Shown: in pieces, positions 1-7,198 of the stretch
How the letters are laid out: every line of letters starts with the position of its first letter
Numbering within the stretch: the first letter of the stretch is position 1
Assembly: GCF_000828575.1 (NCBI RefSeq)
Contig: NZ_AP011952.1
Span: forward strand, 433,065 to 465,064
Direction of reading: 5' to 3'
DNA: 32,000 nt
Source of the DNA: Methanothermobacter sp. CaT2
Lineage (GTDB): Archaea; Methanobacteriota; Methanobacteria; Methanobacteriales; Methanothermobacteraceae
Notes under the pieces: generated by a model
The model's input: only the letters and a program-made list of their open reading frames with translations
The model's database searches: none
Told to the model about the DNA's origin: nothing
Program-made: the position numbers and the translations under genes

Positions 1-1545
1 ATGCCGACAAAGGCTGCATGGGATACCGCAGTGAAGATAGTTGATTCACTGCTTGCAGAGTACTACCAGAAGCACGGCAGCTTCCCTGAACTCATAGGTA
101 TGGTTATGTGGGGCACTGAACTCCTGAGGACCGACGGGATAGCCATCGCAGAGTTCCTATACCTCCTTGGAGTTAAACCCCAGTGGAACAGCAACGGTGA
201 CGTCAACCCGACACCGGTCCTAATGAACGCATCAGAACTCATGATAACAGTGAACGGCACTCAGATCCCAAGACCACGTATAGACGTCTTTGTAACAGCT
301 GTTACAGGTAACCAGCTCTGGATAGACCTCATGAATAAGGCTGTTGAACTGGCAGCTTCAGCCAGTGACACCAAAAACTATGTGAAAGAACATTACAGTG
401 AATGCGGATCCCTTGACCGTGTATTCGGTCTCAGGGGCCTCGTACTTGAGGGTACAGGCGTATCTGATATGACACCTGCAACCTCAAGGTGGAACACAAG
501 CAGTGAACTCGCAGATGTCTACCTCTCAAGGGTATCCTATGCCTGGAGGTCAACCCCTGGAGGCGTTGATATACAGCAGAACCGGGCCACGTTCCAGTAC
601 CTGCTGGGTAAGGTCAAAGTGGTGACACAGAACCTCGACAGTACCTGGAGGCTGATGGACACAGACGACTACTATGACTGGTTCGGTGGTATGGTCCTTG
701 CATCAAGGCACCTTGGAGGTAATCCGGATACAGCGCTTATCGATATAAGGAACAGGAACACGGTTACAGTGAGAACTGTGGCTGAGGAGATTGAACTTGA
801 GGTCAGATCCCAGCTACTCAACCCGAAGTACATGGATTCGCTCCTCAATTCACCCAGCGGGTGGCTGGAATACGCTTCAAGGTACAAGAACGTCTTTGGA
901 ATTGCAGTTACAACCGGCAGTGTTAGCAATGAACTCTGGGATCAGCTCGCCAGGAACCTTCTCAGTGACCGCTTCAGGGCAACAGAGGGCTATAAGGCAA
1001 CCGCAACACAGTCCATGATTGCATGGGTCCTTGAAGCTGCAAGGAGAAACATCTGGAGTGCTGACAGTTCCATGGTCAGGGACCTCGCAAACCGCTACAT
1101 TGAACTCGCAGGACAGTACGGTGTTGTCTGCTGCCACCACACCTGCGCAAACATGGTCTTCAACAGCTGGGTGGTGAAGGTCTCATCCCTGGACCAGGCA
1201 TCCCTCAAGAAGTTTGCAGCTGCAGTGGCTGCAGCCACAGGGAAGTCCATTGATGTACCTGACTCTGATGATTCACAGCCAGGCTCAGTGAATGGGGGTG
1301 GAGTCAGTGAGACAGGTAAACCTGATTCAGGTCCCGCCGGGACCACAGGCAGGACATCAAACCCATCAGATGCAGCTGCAGGGTCATCATCCAGTGCAGG
1401 TGAGGAGGGCGAAACCGGGAAGGCCTATGAGGTTTCAGCCTCAAACAGCAGCGGTTCAGCAGAGAGTCAGGTCCCGATCTATGCACTTCTCGGGGTTGTG
1501 ACACTTGTCCTGCTGGTCGGATTCGGTTACTTCAGGGGTAAATAA
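1..1545 (+). CDS. CobN/Mg-chelatase-family large-subunit homologue, C-terminal 514 aa (5' end almost certainly outside the window), ending in a Ser/Gly-rich tail and a C-terminal TM helix
   Basis: The frame is open at nt 1. The conserved chelatase core string GMVMWGTELLRTDGIAIAEFLYLLGVKPQW...RPRIDVFVTAVTG starts only 33 aa from the window edge, whereas it lies in the C-terminal third of CobN-type proteins. Residues 418-492 are low-complexity S/G/A/D/E. Residues ~493-511 are hydrophobic (IYALLGVVTLVLLVGFGYF), followed by RGK and stop. Confidence 0.7.
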   Translation: MPTKAAWDTAVKIVDSLLAEYYQKHGSFPELIGMVMWGTELLRTDGIAIAEFLYLLGVKPQWNSNGDVNPTPVLMNASELMITVNGTQIPRPRIDVFVTAVTGNQLWIDLMNKAVELAASASDTKNYVKEHYSECGSLDRVFGLRGLVLEGTGVSDMTPATSRWNTSSELADVYLSRVSYAWRSTPGGVDIQQNRATFQYLLGKVKVVTQNLDSTWRLMDTDDYYDWFGGMVLASRHLGGNPDTALIDIRNRNTVTVRTVAEEIELEVRSQLLNPKYMDSLLNSPSGWLEYASRYKNVFGIAVTTGSVSNELWDQLARNLLSDRFRATEGYKATATQSMIAWVLEAARRNIWSADSSMVRDLANRYIELAGQYGVVCCHHTCANMVFNSWVVKVSSLDQASLKKFAAAVAAATGKSIDVPDSDDSQPGSVNGGGVSETGKPDSGPAGTTGRTSNPSDAAAGSSSSAGEEGETGKAYEVSASNSSGSAESQVPIYALLGVVTLVLLVGFGYFRGK

Positions 1546-1552
1546 CCCCAAA

Positions 1553-1562
1553 TTCTTTTTTT
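1553..1562 (+). terminator. Oligo-T tract (ttcttttttt) 8 nt after the stop of the chelatase-like gene; archaeal-type terminator candidate
   Basis: T-run directly downstream of the stop codon in a convergent intergenic region. Archaeal termination commonly uses oligo-T. Confidence 0.35.
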
Positions 1563-1642
1563 AATGTAATTCTAAACCTGATATTCCATTGTATTTGAAA
1601 ATAATCAATACCGGACCCTGAAAATCCCTTCTTTGAGCACTG

Positions 1643-2503
1643 CTAGATGCACCCGAACTGTTTCCTGAGTTCCGTTAGAACACGCCTCAGGAGTTCACTT
1701 GTGAGGGACCACTCCCCTCCACTGAGCTCCACAAGGCCCCTCAACTCGATTTTCTCAAGTTCCTCAGCCTCCACATCCCTCTGAGGTATTGGGGCATCAG
1801 TTAGATCCTCAAGGATTCTTTTCTCACCCATACTCAGCTGTGATAGTTCAGCAATCCATGGAAATGCGATCTGCTGGAACTTGGCCCTGAAGTTCTCCTC
1901 CAGCAGCAGCGGGCCATATATGATCCCATCTGAGAGGACGTTCAGGAAGCTGTCAATGAAGAGGGGCAGTCCCTCAGTGAGTCCATGTATGTACTTCATG
2001 CCTGCGGCCGTGGCCCTGAATGTGGGTGCCTTCCTCTGGATGTAGTCCTCTGTTTCTCTCTCTGTGAGGGGTGGTACGCTGACGACTGCCACGCCCGGTA
2101 TCTCCTCCTCAAGTTCCTGCAGGAAGCGCCTGCTGTACCTCATGGAGACGGCGCACCTCATGTCGTACATGTGATTCATCTTGAAGGCCTCCCTGAAGGC
2201 TGATACCTCCGGTGGCATGGAATCTATGAGTATATTCCAGTCAACTGTCCTTGCCATTACCATTATTCTCCTGAAGTCGGGTATCCCCTCATGGGCCTCC
2301 CTTATATCGGTGCACCTCATATCGATAAGGGTTGTTTTGCTGGGGTTTTCCTCGTGGAGTTTCCTAAAAATAGCTGTTTTTCCGGACCCCATCCTTCCTG
2401 TTACAATAACGAATCCAGGATCATTGAGGCCCTCTCTGATCCTTCTAAGTTCCTTTGCCCTTCCAATAAACACTTCAGTCCTGTTTAATGGAATTATGGG
2501 CAT
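1643..2503 (-). CDS. Small P-loop NTPase (archaeal-ATPase / STAND-like) with a C-terminal winged-helix-like segment
   Basis: Walker A in VIVTGRMGSGKTAIFRKL. Also VPPLTERETEDYI and GLTEGLPLFI motifs like those of archaeal ATPase/STAND NTPases. Lies 19 bp downstream of the CARF-wHTH gene on the same strand. Confidence 0.55.
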   Translation of the reverse strand: MPIIPLNRTEVFIGRAKELRRIREGLNDPGFVIVTGRMGSGKTAIFRKLHEENPSKTTLIDMRCTDIREAHEGIPDFRRIMVMARTVDWNILIDSMPPEVSAFREAFKMNHMYDMRCAVSMRYSRRFLQELEEEIPGVAVVSVPPLTERETEDYIQRKAPTFRATAAGMKYIHGLTEGLPLFIDSFLNVLSDGIIYGPLLLEENFRAKFQQIAFPWIAELSQLSMGEKRILEDLTDAPIPQRDVEAEELEKIELRGLVELSGGEWSLTSELLRRVLTELRKQFGCI

Positions 2504-2522
2504 GATGACACTTATTCATGTT

Positions 2523-3116
2523 TTAGAGCACTGCAAGTTCACCTGCAGAGGTTATCTCAAGCTTTTCCCGGTCAATGAACCCCATGTCACGGAGTTCCCT
2601 TATGTGGTTGTAGGTCATGCCCCTGCTTATACCTATCTTGACTGCAAGGTTTTTAACGGATTTTTCGCCGGCTTTGAGCTCCTCAAGGACCTGTTTCTTT
2701 GTCTTGGATATGCCGAAGCTCAGTATCGGGAGGTCTATCAGTTCATTGTCCTCCTCGGTCACATAGACTATGCGCTGGACGTCATGGTTCCTTGCGTAGC
2801 AGCCAAAGAGTGCTCCGAGTGCCTGGGTCTTCCTGCCGCCGCTTATGTTAACAACCACGCGCCTTCCATGGGCCCTTTCCTCGTCTATGATCTCAACCAT
2901 ATCCCTTGCAATGCTCACAACATCGTAGAGGCTCGTCTCAAAGGTTGTTATCTCCACTAAGTTACCGAGTGTGTCCCTGAGCACCTGTTCCACCTGTTCC
3001 TTTTCCCGTGGAGCCTTGTCCTCCTTGAGTAGAACCACCTTTCGCGGTGAGAACTGTGTTATGCAGAACATCACGGGTTCAATGGAGTATATCGTGGATA
3101 TCAGTGTGGTATCCAT
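2523..3116 (-). CDS. Csa3-like CARF + winged-HTH DNA-binding protein (CRISPR-locus-related DNA-binding protein family)
   Basis: N-terminal Rossmann-like region with the loop [20 protein letters not shown]-terminal w[33 protein letters not shown]. The ~197-200 aa size fits that family. The ORF track starts at GTG 3125, but the GGAGGG at 3128-3133 is only 2 nt from it, so ATG 3116 is preferred. Confidence 0.55.
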   Translation of the reverse strand: MDTTLISTIYSIEPVMFCITQFSPRKVVLLKEDKAPREKEQVEQVLRDTLGNLVEITTFETSLYDVVSIARDMVEIIDEERAHGRRVVVNISGGRKTQALGALFGCYARNHDVQRIVYVTEEDNELIDLPILSFGISKTKKQVLEELKAGEKSVKNLAVKIGISRGMTYNHIRELRDMGFIDREKLEITSAGELAVL

Positions 3117-3382
3117 TATTATCACATCCCTCCAGTTTTCCTATCCCAAATTTTTGTTCACGGAAAACAATTCATTACAGTTAAAGGTATATTCTCTGAT
3201 TATTCTATATATAATTTTCCTACCTTGATTTTACATTCATAAAAACCGCTTTCTTCTATTAAATATCGGAGCATTTTTCAGAAATAAATTTAAAATTACA
3301 TGGAACCATCGTGTCTATCTTGAATTGTTTCATTCATTTCTGGAGATGCCGGGATTTTTAATGATCATGACATCACATCTGG

Positions 3383-3490
3383 GGATGGTATACTGAACTT
3401 AAGCGGGCTGGTATGTTAATCCTGATGAAAAAACTCCACAGTCAAGGATGGTATAATGAAGTTAACGAAGCTGATATCTTATCCATGAGG
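3383..3490. repeat. Two imperfect ~45-bp direct repeats with a 63-bp period in the AT-rich intergenic region
   Basis: Copy 1 (3383-3428) is ggatggtatactgaacttaagcgggctggtatgttaatcctgatga. Copy 2 (3446-3490) is ggatggtataatgaagttaacgaagctgatatcttatccatgagg. The first 10 nt are identical and roughly 70% match overall by eye. Confidence 0.6.
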
Positions 3491-3612
3491 TAAATTTCTC
3501 TGCTGTGTAAATAAAATAATGTTCTGTCAATAAAAAATGTTAAAATTTAAATATAATGACTCACTAATTAAATTTTAGATCCATTGATACATTTTATACT
3601 GTGGTGTTAGGT

Positions 3613-3939
3613 ATGAGATTTAAATATATATGTCACAGAAAACCAGAGCGAACATTTTCATTCAGGGGGCACTACTTTCCTGTGTGTTCAAGGTGTACCG
3701 GCATATACCTGGGGGCATTCACCTATTTCCTGTATGCATTCCTCATACCTGTGAAGTACACAGCAGCCACTGTGCTTCTGGCATTGCTTCTTGTGATCCC
3801 CACATTCATTGACGGATTCACCCAGCTGATGGGTTACAGAGAAAGCAACAATGTTCTGAGATTCTCAACTGGCCTGCCAGCAGGTATTGGACTGGCAGTG
3901 CTCACAAAGGTCCTCAAACATCTCATACTCCACCTCTGA
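3613..3939 (+). CDS. DUF2085-family small membrane protein
   Basis: [28 protein letters not shown] matches the DUF2085 Cys motif, followed by 3 hydrophobic helices. The ORF track starts at GTG 3601; ATG 3613 is preferred because TATA-like sequences sit at ~3553-3560. Confidence 0.6.
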   Translation: MRFKYICHRKPERTFSFRGHYFPVCSRCTGIYLGAFTYFLYAFLIPVKYTAATVLLALLLVIPTFIDGFTQLMGYRESNNVLRFSTGLPAGIGLAVLTKVLKHLILHL

Positions 3940-3972
3940 TACTCAATGGATCAAAAAGAGGAGGTATTTTAA

Positions 3973-4455
3973 ATGAGCTGGTGGAAGGAACAGAGTTCAG
4001 CCACCAAGGCCGGCGTCCTCATAGGGGCACTGTGCCTTGGTATGATACTGGTAGTTGCGATAGCTGGAATGATGGCCCCGGATAATTCTCAGACCGGAGT
4101 AGAATCCGTAGATGAGAGTTCTGGGTCCACAGGAACTGAATCAGATATCGTGGTTGAGGACCTTCAGGTTGTCTCAGAGGGGTATGGAAGCTACTCTGTG
4201 AAGGGAAAGATCACTCCCAGCATTGACTTCTCCTACCTTGAAATGCACCTGAAGTGGTACGACTCAGAGGGGAACCTTCTCTATGATGACCCTCTGGCAT
4301 GGAACATAAACAATGCCAAGGCAGGGCAGACAGTTAAGTTCAGTGCAGTTGACTTTATTGACACAGGGACCCCCTCCAAGGTTGAAGTTATGATCTTTGA
4401 CTCACTGGCAGCGGATGATAGCTCAGCCATTTACAGGACAACAGTGAATGTTTAA
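3973..4455 (+). CDS. Membrane-anchored FxLYD-domain-like exoprotein
   Basis: Strong RBS gaggagg upstream. N-terminal TM helix (AGVLIGALCLGMILVVAIAG). The extracellular part contains WYDSEGNLLYDD, which resembles the FxLYD domain motif of archaeal anchored proteins. Confidence 0.5.
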   Translation: MSWWKEQSSATKAGVLIGALCLGMILVVAIAGMMAPDNSQTGVESVDESSGSTGTESDIVVEDLQVVSEGYGSYSVKGKITPSIDFSYLEMHLKWYDSEGNLLYDDPLAWNINNAKAGQTVKFSAVDFIDTGTPSKVEVMIFDSLAADDSSAIYRTTVNV

Positions 4456-4470
4456 GGGAGGTGAACGGGT

Positions 4471-4785
4471 ATGGCGGACGCTCCAGAAACATCAAGGACA
4501 CTGGAACTTGTCCTTGGAATAATAGGCGGGATTTTCGGTTTACTCGGAGGACTTTTTGCCATTATCTTTTCGGTATTTGGAACCGAACTCCTGTACCTGG
4601 GTATGAGTGCAATTCTGGCCTCAATTCTGGGTATCATAGGATCTGTGTATGTGAGGAATAACCCCCGCAGGGGTGGTGCTGTACTCATAATAAGTGCAGT
4701 ATGGCTCCTCATAAGCATATCTGCCTTTGCGATTCCAGGTACAGTTTTCATTGGTATCGCAGGAGTCCTTGCCCTCATAAGGTAG
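4471..4785 (+). CDS. Small Gly-rich integral membrane protein (about 3 TM helices), function unknown
   Basis: RBS gggaggtga lies 6 nt upstream. Hydrophobic segments include LELVLGIIGGIFGLLGGLFAIIFSVFG. Confidence 0.55.
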   Translation: MADAPETSRTLELVLGIIGGIFGLLGGLFAIIFSVFGTELLYLGMSAILASILGIIGSVYVRNNPRRGGAVLIISAVWLLISISAFAIPGTVFIGIAGVLALIR

Positions 4786-4816
4786 GGCTCCACCAATTTT
4801 TTTATATGGAGGTATC

Positions 4817-5514
4817 GTGTTGAAAACTTGCTCGGAATGTGGATCAGAAAACAGGGATGGTGCAGCATTCTGTTCAAAATGTGGATCAGAGCTTCCCCAT
4901 GAAGACGGGATTAAAGGATGGTGGAAAAGGCAGAACAGATCCTCAAAGTTTCTTATCATCACACCCTTTGCCATTCTGGTCCTGATTCTACTGTTAGGTG
5001 CATTTACAGAGCCGTCCGGTTACAGCGATGTTAATTATGATGATGCAACAGTCTATGATAACGATGCAGCTGACGTTTCAGGCGCATCCAGCACAAAAAC
5101 ATTTGGGGAAGCGGAATCTCGTTCAGCTATCCAGACACATGGGAAATCTACATACCGGATGAGAGTAGTGATGATAACGTTGTTTCCCTCAAGTCATATG
5201 AGCAGGGCATGGTTTCAATTCTTTCCGTATATAAGAGGCCAGCCACCGTGGACCTTGAGACCGAGCGCGATACGTGTCTTGGAGCCATCTATGAAAATGG
5301 GGATGATGTAACCTATGTTAAGAAGACCACTGTGGACGGTAACAGCGCCTACATCATAGGATCCTCATACTACTATCAGGGTGATGAAGGTGAACAGGAG
5401 TACGTGGTATTCATTGAAGGGGACTATGCCTATGATATCCTCTTCACAACCGATGACCTGTCACTTATACAGGATGACATAGATACCATAATATACAGTT
5501 TCAGGGTTGATTGA
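4817..5514 (+). pseudogene. Zinc-ribbon / TM / extracellular-domain protein interrupted by a frameshift at an A5 tract (5095-5099)
   Basis: The first frame (4817 onward) gives CSECGSENRDGAAFCSKCGSEL plus a TM helix, then turns into implausible R/W/M-rich sequence. The frame in phase with nt 5074 is open from 5074. It reads ...ISFSYPDTWEIYIPDESSDDNVVSLKSYEQGMVSILSVYKRP... through stop 5514. Adding one A to the A5 run joins the two parts into one 232-aa protein. Confidence 0.65.
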
Positions 5515-6064
5515 GGTGTCGGATAGGACCATACTGGTAATTGTGGCTGTCATGGTTATCCTCGCCGGGGCAGCGGTGGCACTGCAGCTCATGGACACCG
5601 GCAGCACTTCAGGTGCCGGTGAAGAGGCTATCATCAAAAAAACAGATGATGGATACTACCTCAACCTCCAGGCAGCCCTGGAGCTTGCAGAGATGGACCC
5701 TCGCAATGGAACCGTGAACTACAGGGGCTTCAACTTCACCGGACCACAGCGCCTCTACATCTTCTCAAGGGCCGTGGTAATGATAGGATTCAATGACACT
5801 GGCATGATACACGTCAGGGATTACGGGGGACCTGAGGACCCCTACGGCTACCTTGACACCGCCACCCTCACAGAGAGCGAGTACCTTGACATGGCAGAGC
5901 GCACCTACACATGGATGGAATCCCATGGCAGAAGCCCCAACCATGTGGGGATCTACGTGAAGGGCTCACCTGATATAACGCCAGAGCTTGCAGAGAAGAT
6001 CTTCAGGGAGGTCCTCCTTGAATACATGAGGACAGGAATGCTCCCTGAAATCATAAGCGTCTGA
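5507..6064 (+). CDS. Membrane-anchored protein with a C-terminal pseudomurein-binding repeat (PMBR)-like domain
   Basis: N-terminal TM helix ILVIVAVMVILAGAAVALQL. The C-terminal TLTESEYLDMAERTYTWMESHGRSPNHVGIYVKGSPDITPELAEKIFREVLLEYMRTGMLPEIISV fits the PMBR pattern (..Y..MA.R......g.lPn.V......i...f......L.......LP..i.v). The start is TTG 5507 or GTG 5516. Confidence 0.55.
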   Translation: MIEVSDRTILVIVAVMVILAGAAVALQLMDTGSTSGAGEEAIIKKTDDGYYLNLQAALELAEMDPRNGTVNYRGFNFTGPQRLYIFSRAVVMIGFNDTGMIHVRDYGGPEDPYGYLDTATLTESEYLDMAERTYTWMESHGRSPNHVGIYVKGSPDITPELAEKIFREVLLEYMRTGMLPEIISV

Positions 6065-6079
6065 AGAACCATTCCCTTA

Positions 6080-6086
6080 TTTTTTT
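6080..6086 (+). terminator. T7 tract downstream of the PMBR-protein gene
   Basis: ttttttt lies 16 nt after stop 6064. Confidence 0.35.
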
Positions 6087-6203
6087 AACAGGGATACCCA
6101 TAAATCCTGTTACTGACAGATCAGAGAGTATCTGAATAGGTGCGTCAGCAGAACCAGAGAGAATAACTGTGAACCCCACAGAATCACAGAGGGATGCGAT
6201 AAC

Positions 6204-6905
6204 TTGAGAAGGAAACTGATCTTAACGCTACTTGTCTTAACCCTGATTACTGCAACATACTACCTTATGGACCCCTTTGCGCCCTCTCAGGGCATCCATG
6301 AGTCTCCAGATGATGTCATCGGCTCGGATGAACTTGGAACCGTTGAAAGGCTGGGACCCTATGGTAACCATGATTCATCCATCAGGATAGCCATAATAAC
6401 CGGCGTCCACCCCCTGGAGGCGAACGCCCACAGTGCCATGATACAGGCTGTGGAGGAGAACTCAGACAGCCTCAGGTACATGTACGTCATCTACCATGTG
6501 AATGTAACCCGGGCCCCATCAGACTATGAGAAGGGGAGGATGGCTGGCCAGATACTCGCAAGAAGGTACGTGGTCCCTGACATCTCGGCCGGAGACTACG
6601 ACCTTGCCGTTGATGTGCACTCCAACAGGGGCAACTACGCCATGAGGAGGTTCGTATTCACACCACTTCCTGAGGATAGGAGCAGAAGGATAGCCCTGGA
6701 ACTCTCATCGAGGATCAGCTGGCTATCCTACCACTTCCCGGAGTCGCAGACAAGCCCGGCCTATGTGACAGAACCCCTTATAAGGAACGGGACACCTGCA
6801 ATCCTCTATGAAAACTTCATGTACCAGGACCAATCCAGGACACTTGAAAATGCCAGGGAATTCCTGATGACACTCGACTCACTTGACGTGTCCATGTTCA
6901 ACTGA
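6204..6905 (+). CDS. Secreted or membrane-anchored putative zinc hydrolase (HxxE...H arrangement, M14/AstE-like); tentative
   Basis: N-terminal signal/anchor RRKLILTLLVLTLITATYY. GVHPLE (H69, E72) and DVHSNRG (H139) recall the zinc ligands of carboxypeptidase/desuccinylase-type folds. TTG start with an RBS-like cagaggga upstream. Confidence 0.35.
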   Translation: MRRKLILTLLVLTLITATYYLMDPFAPSQGIHESPDDVIGSDELGTVERLGPYGNHDSSIRIAIITGVHPLEANAHSAMIQAVEENSDSLRYMYVIYHVNVTRAPSDYEKGRMAGQILARRYVVPDISAGDYDLAVDVHSNRGNYAMRRFVFTPLPEDRSRRIALELSSRISWLSYHFPESQTSPAYVTEPLIRNGTPAILYENFMYQDQSRTLENAREFLMTLDSLDVSMFN

Positions 6906-7006
6906 GAGAACAGCCACCACCGGATCAATCAGGAAGTCACCAGCGAAGGTCCCTTGAGAAAACCACCGCCAGATTAATATACGTGGTGGATGAAATATTA
7001 TAGTCG

Positions 7007-7189
7007 ATGATACACTACAGAATGGACCAGCCAGACAGGGTGAGGTGCAGTGTCTGCGGCGGCATCGCAGATGAGGTCGATGAGACCTACCCTGAAGAGG
7101 GGGACTTCATCCTGGTGATCTACAGGTGCCGTGACTGTGGCCATCTAGAGAAGCGCCAGTACGGTAAACCCGTGAAGATAATTGATTGA
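7007..7189 (+). CDS. Small zinc-ribbon protein (60 aa)
   Basis: Two CxxC pairs (CSVCGG ... CRDCGH). The stop is 9 nt before the next gene, whose RBS gaggtga overlaps this gene's stop. Confidence 0.5.
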   Translation: MIHYRMDQPDRVRCSVCGGIADEVDETYPEEGDFILVIYRCRDCGHLEKRQYGKPVKIID

Positions 7190-7198
7190 GGTGATCCA

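Noticed and set aside
1-3. ATG at nt 1 as the true start of the chelatase-like gene
   Set aside because: The conserved CobN core begins 33 aa later, which is far too close to an N-terminus for this ~1200+ aa family. The ATG is taken as an internal Met at the window edge.
2181-2960. 259-aa plus-strand ORF spanning the ATPase/CARF gene junction
   Set aside because: It lies antisense to two well-supported minus-strand genes and crosses their intergenic gap. Its composition is Leu/Ser/Pro-rich with no motifs, so it is a typical shadow ORF.
3413-3493. 26-aa micro-ORF (MLILMKKLHSQGWYNEVNEADILSMR) reading through the repeat copies
   Set aside because: There is no convincing RBS or promoter spacing and the ORF is very short. 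It is retained only as a remark inside the repeat finding.
3126-3600. Possible CRISPR array or leader next to the CARF-wHTH gene
   Set aside because: Only two imperfect repeat copies exist. The repeats diverge by ~30% from each other, and no further copies or cas genes are visible. This is not a CRISPR array.
4452-4974. Minus-strand ORFs of 141 and 117 aa opposite the small membrane protein and zinc-ribbon genes
   Set aside because: The plus-strand genes have strong RBSs and sensible TM/zinc-ribbon features. The minus-strand products are low-complexity with no start context.
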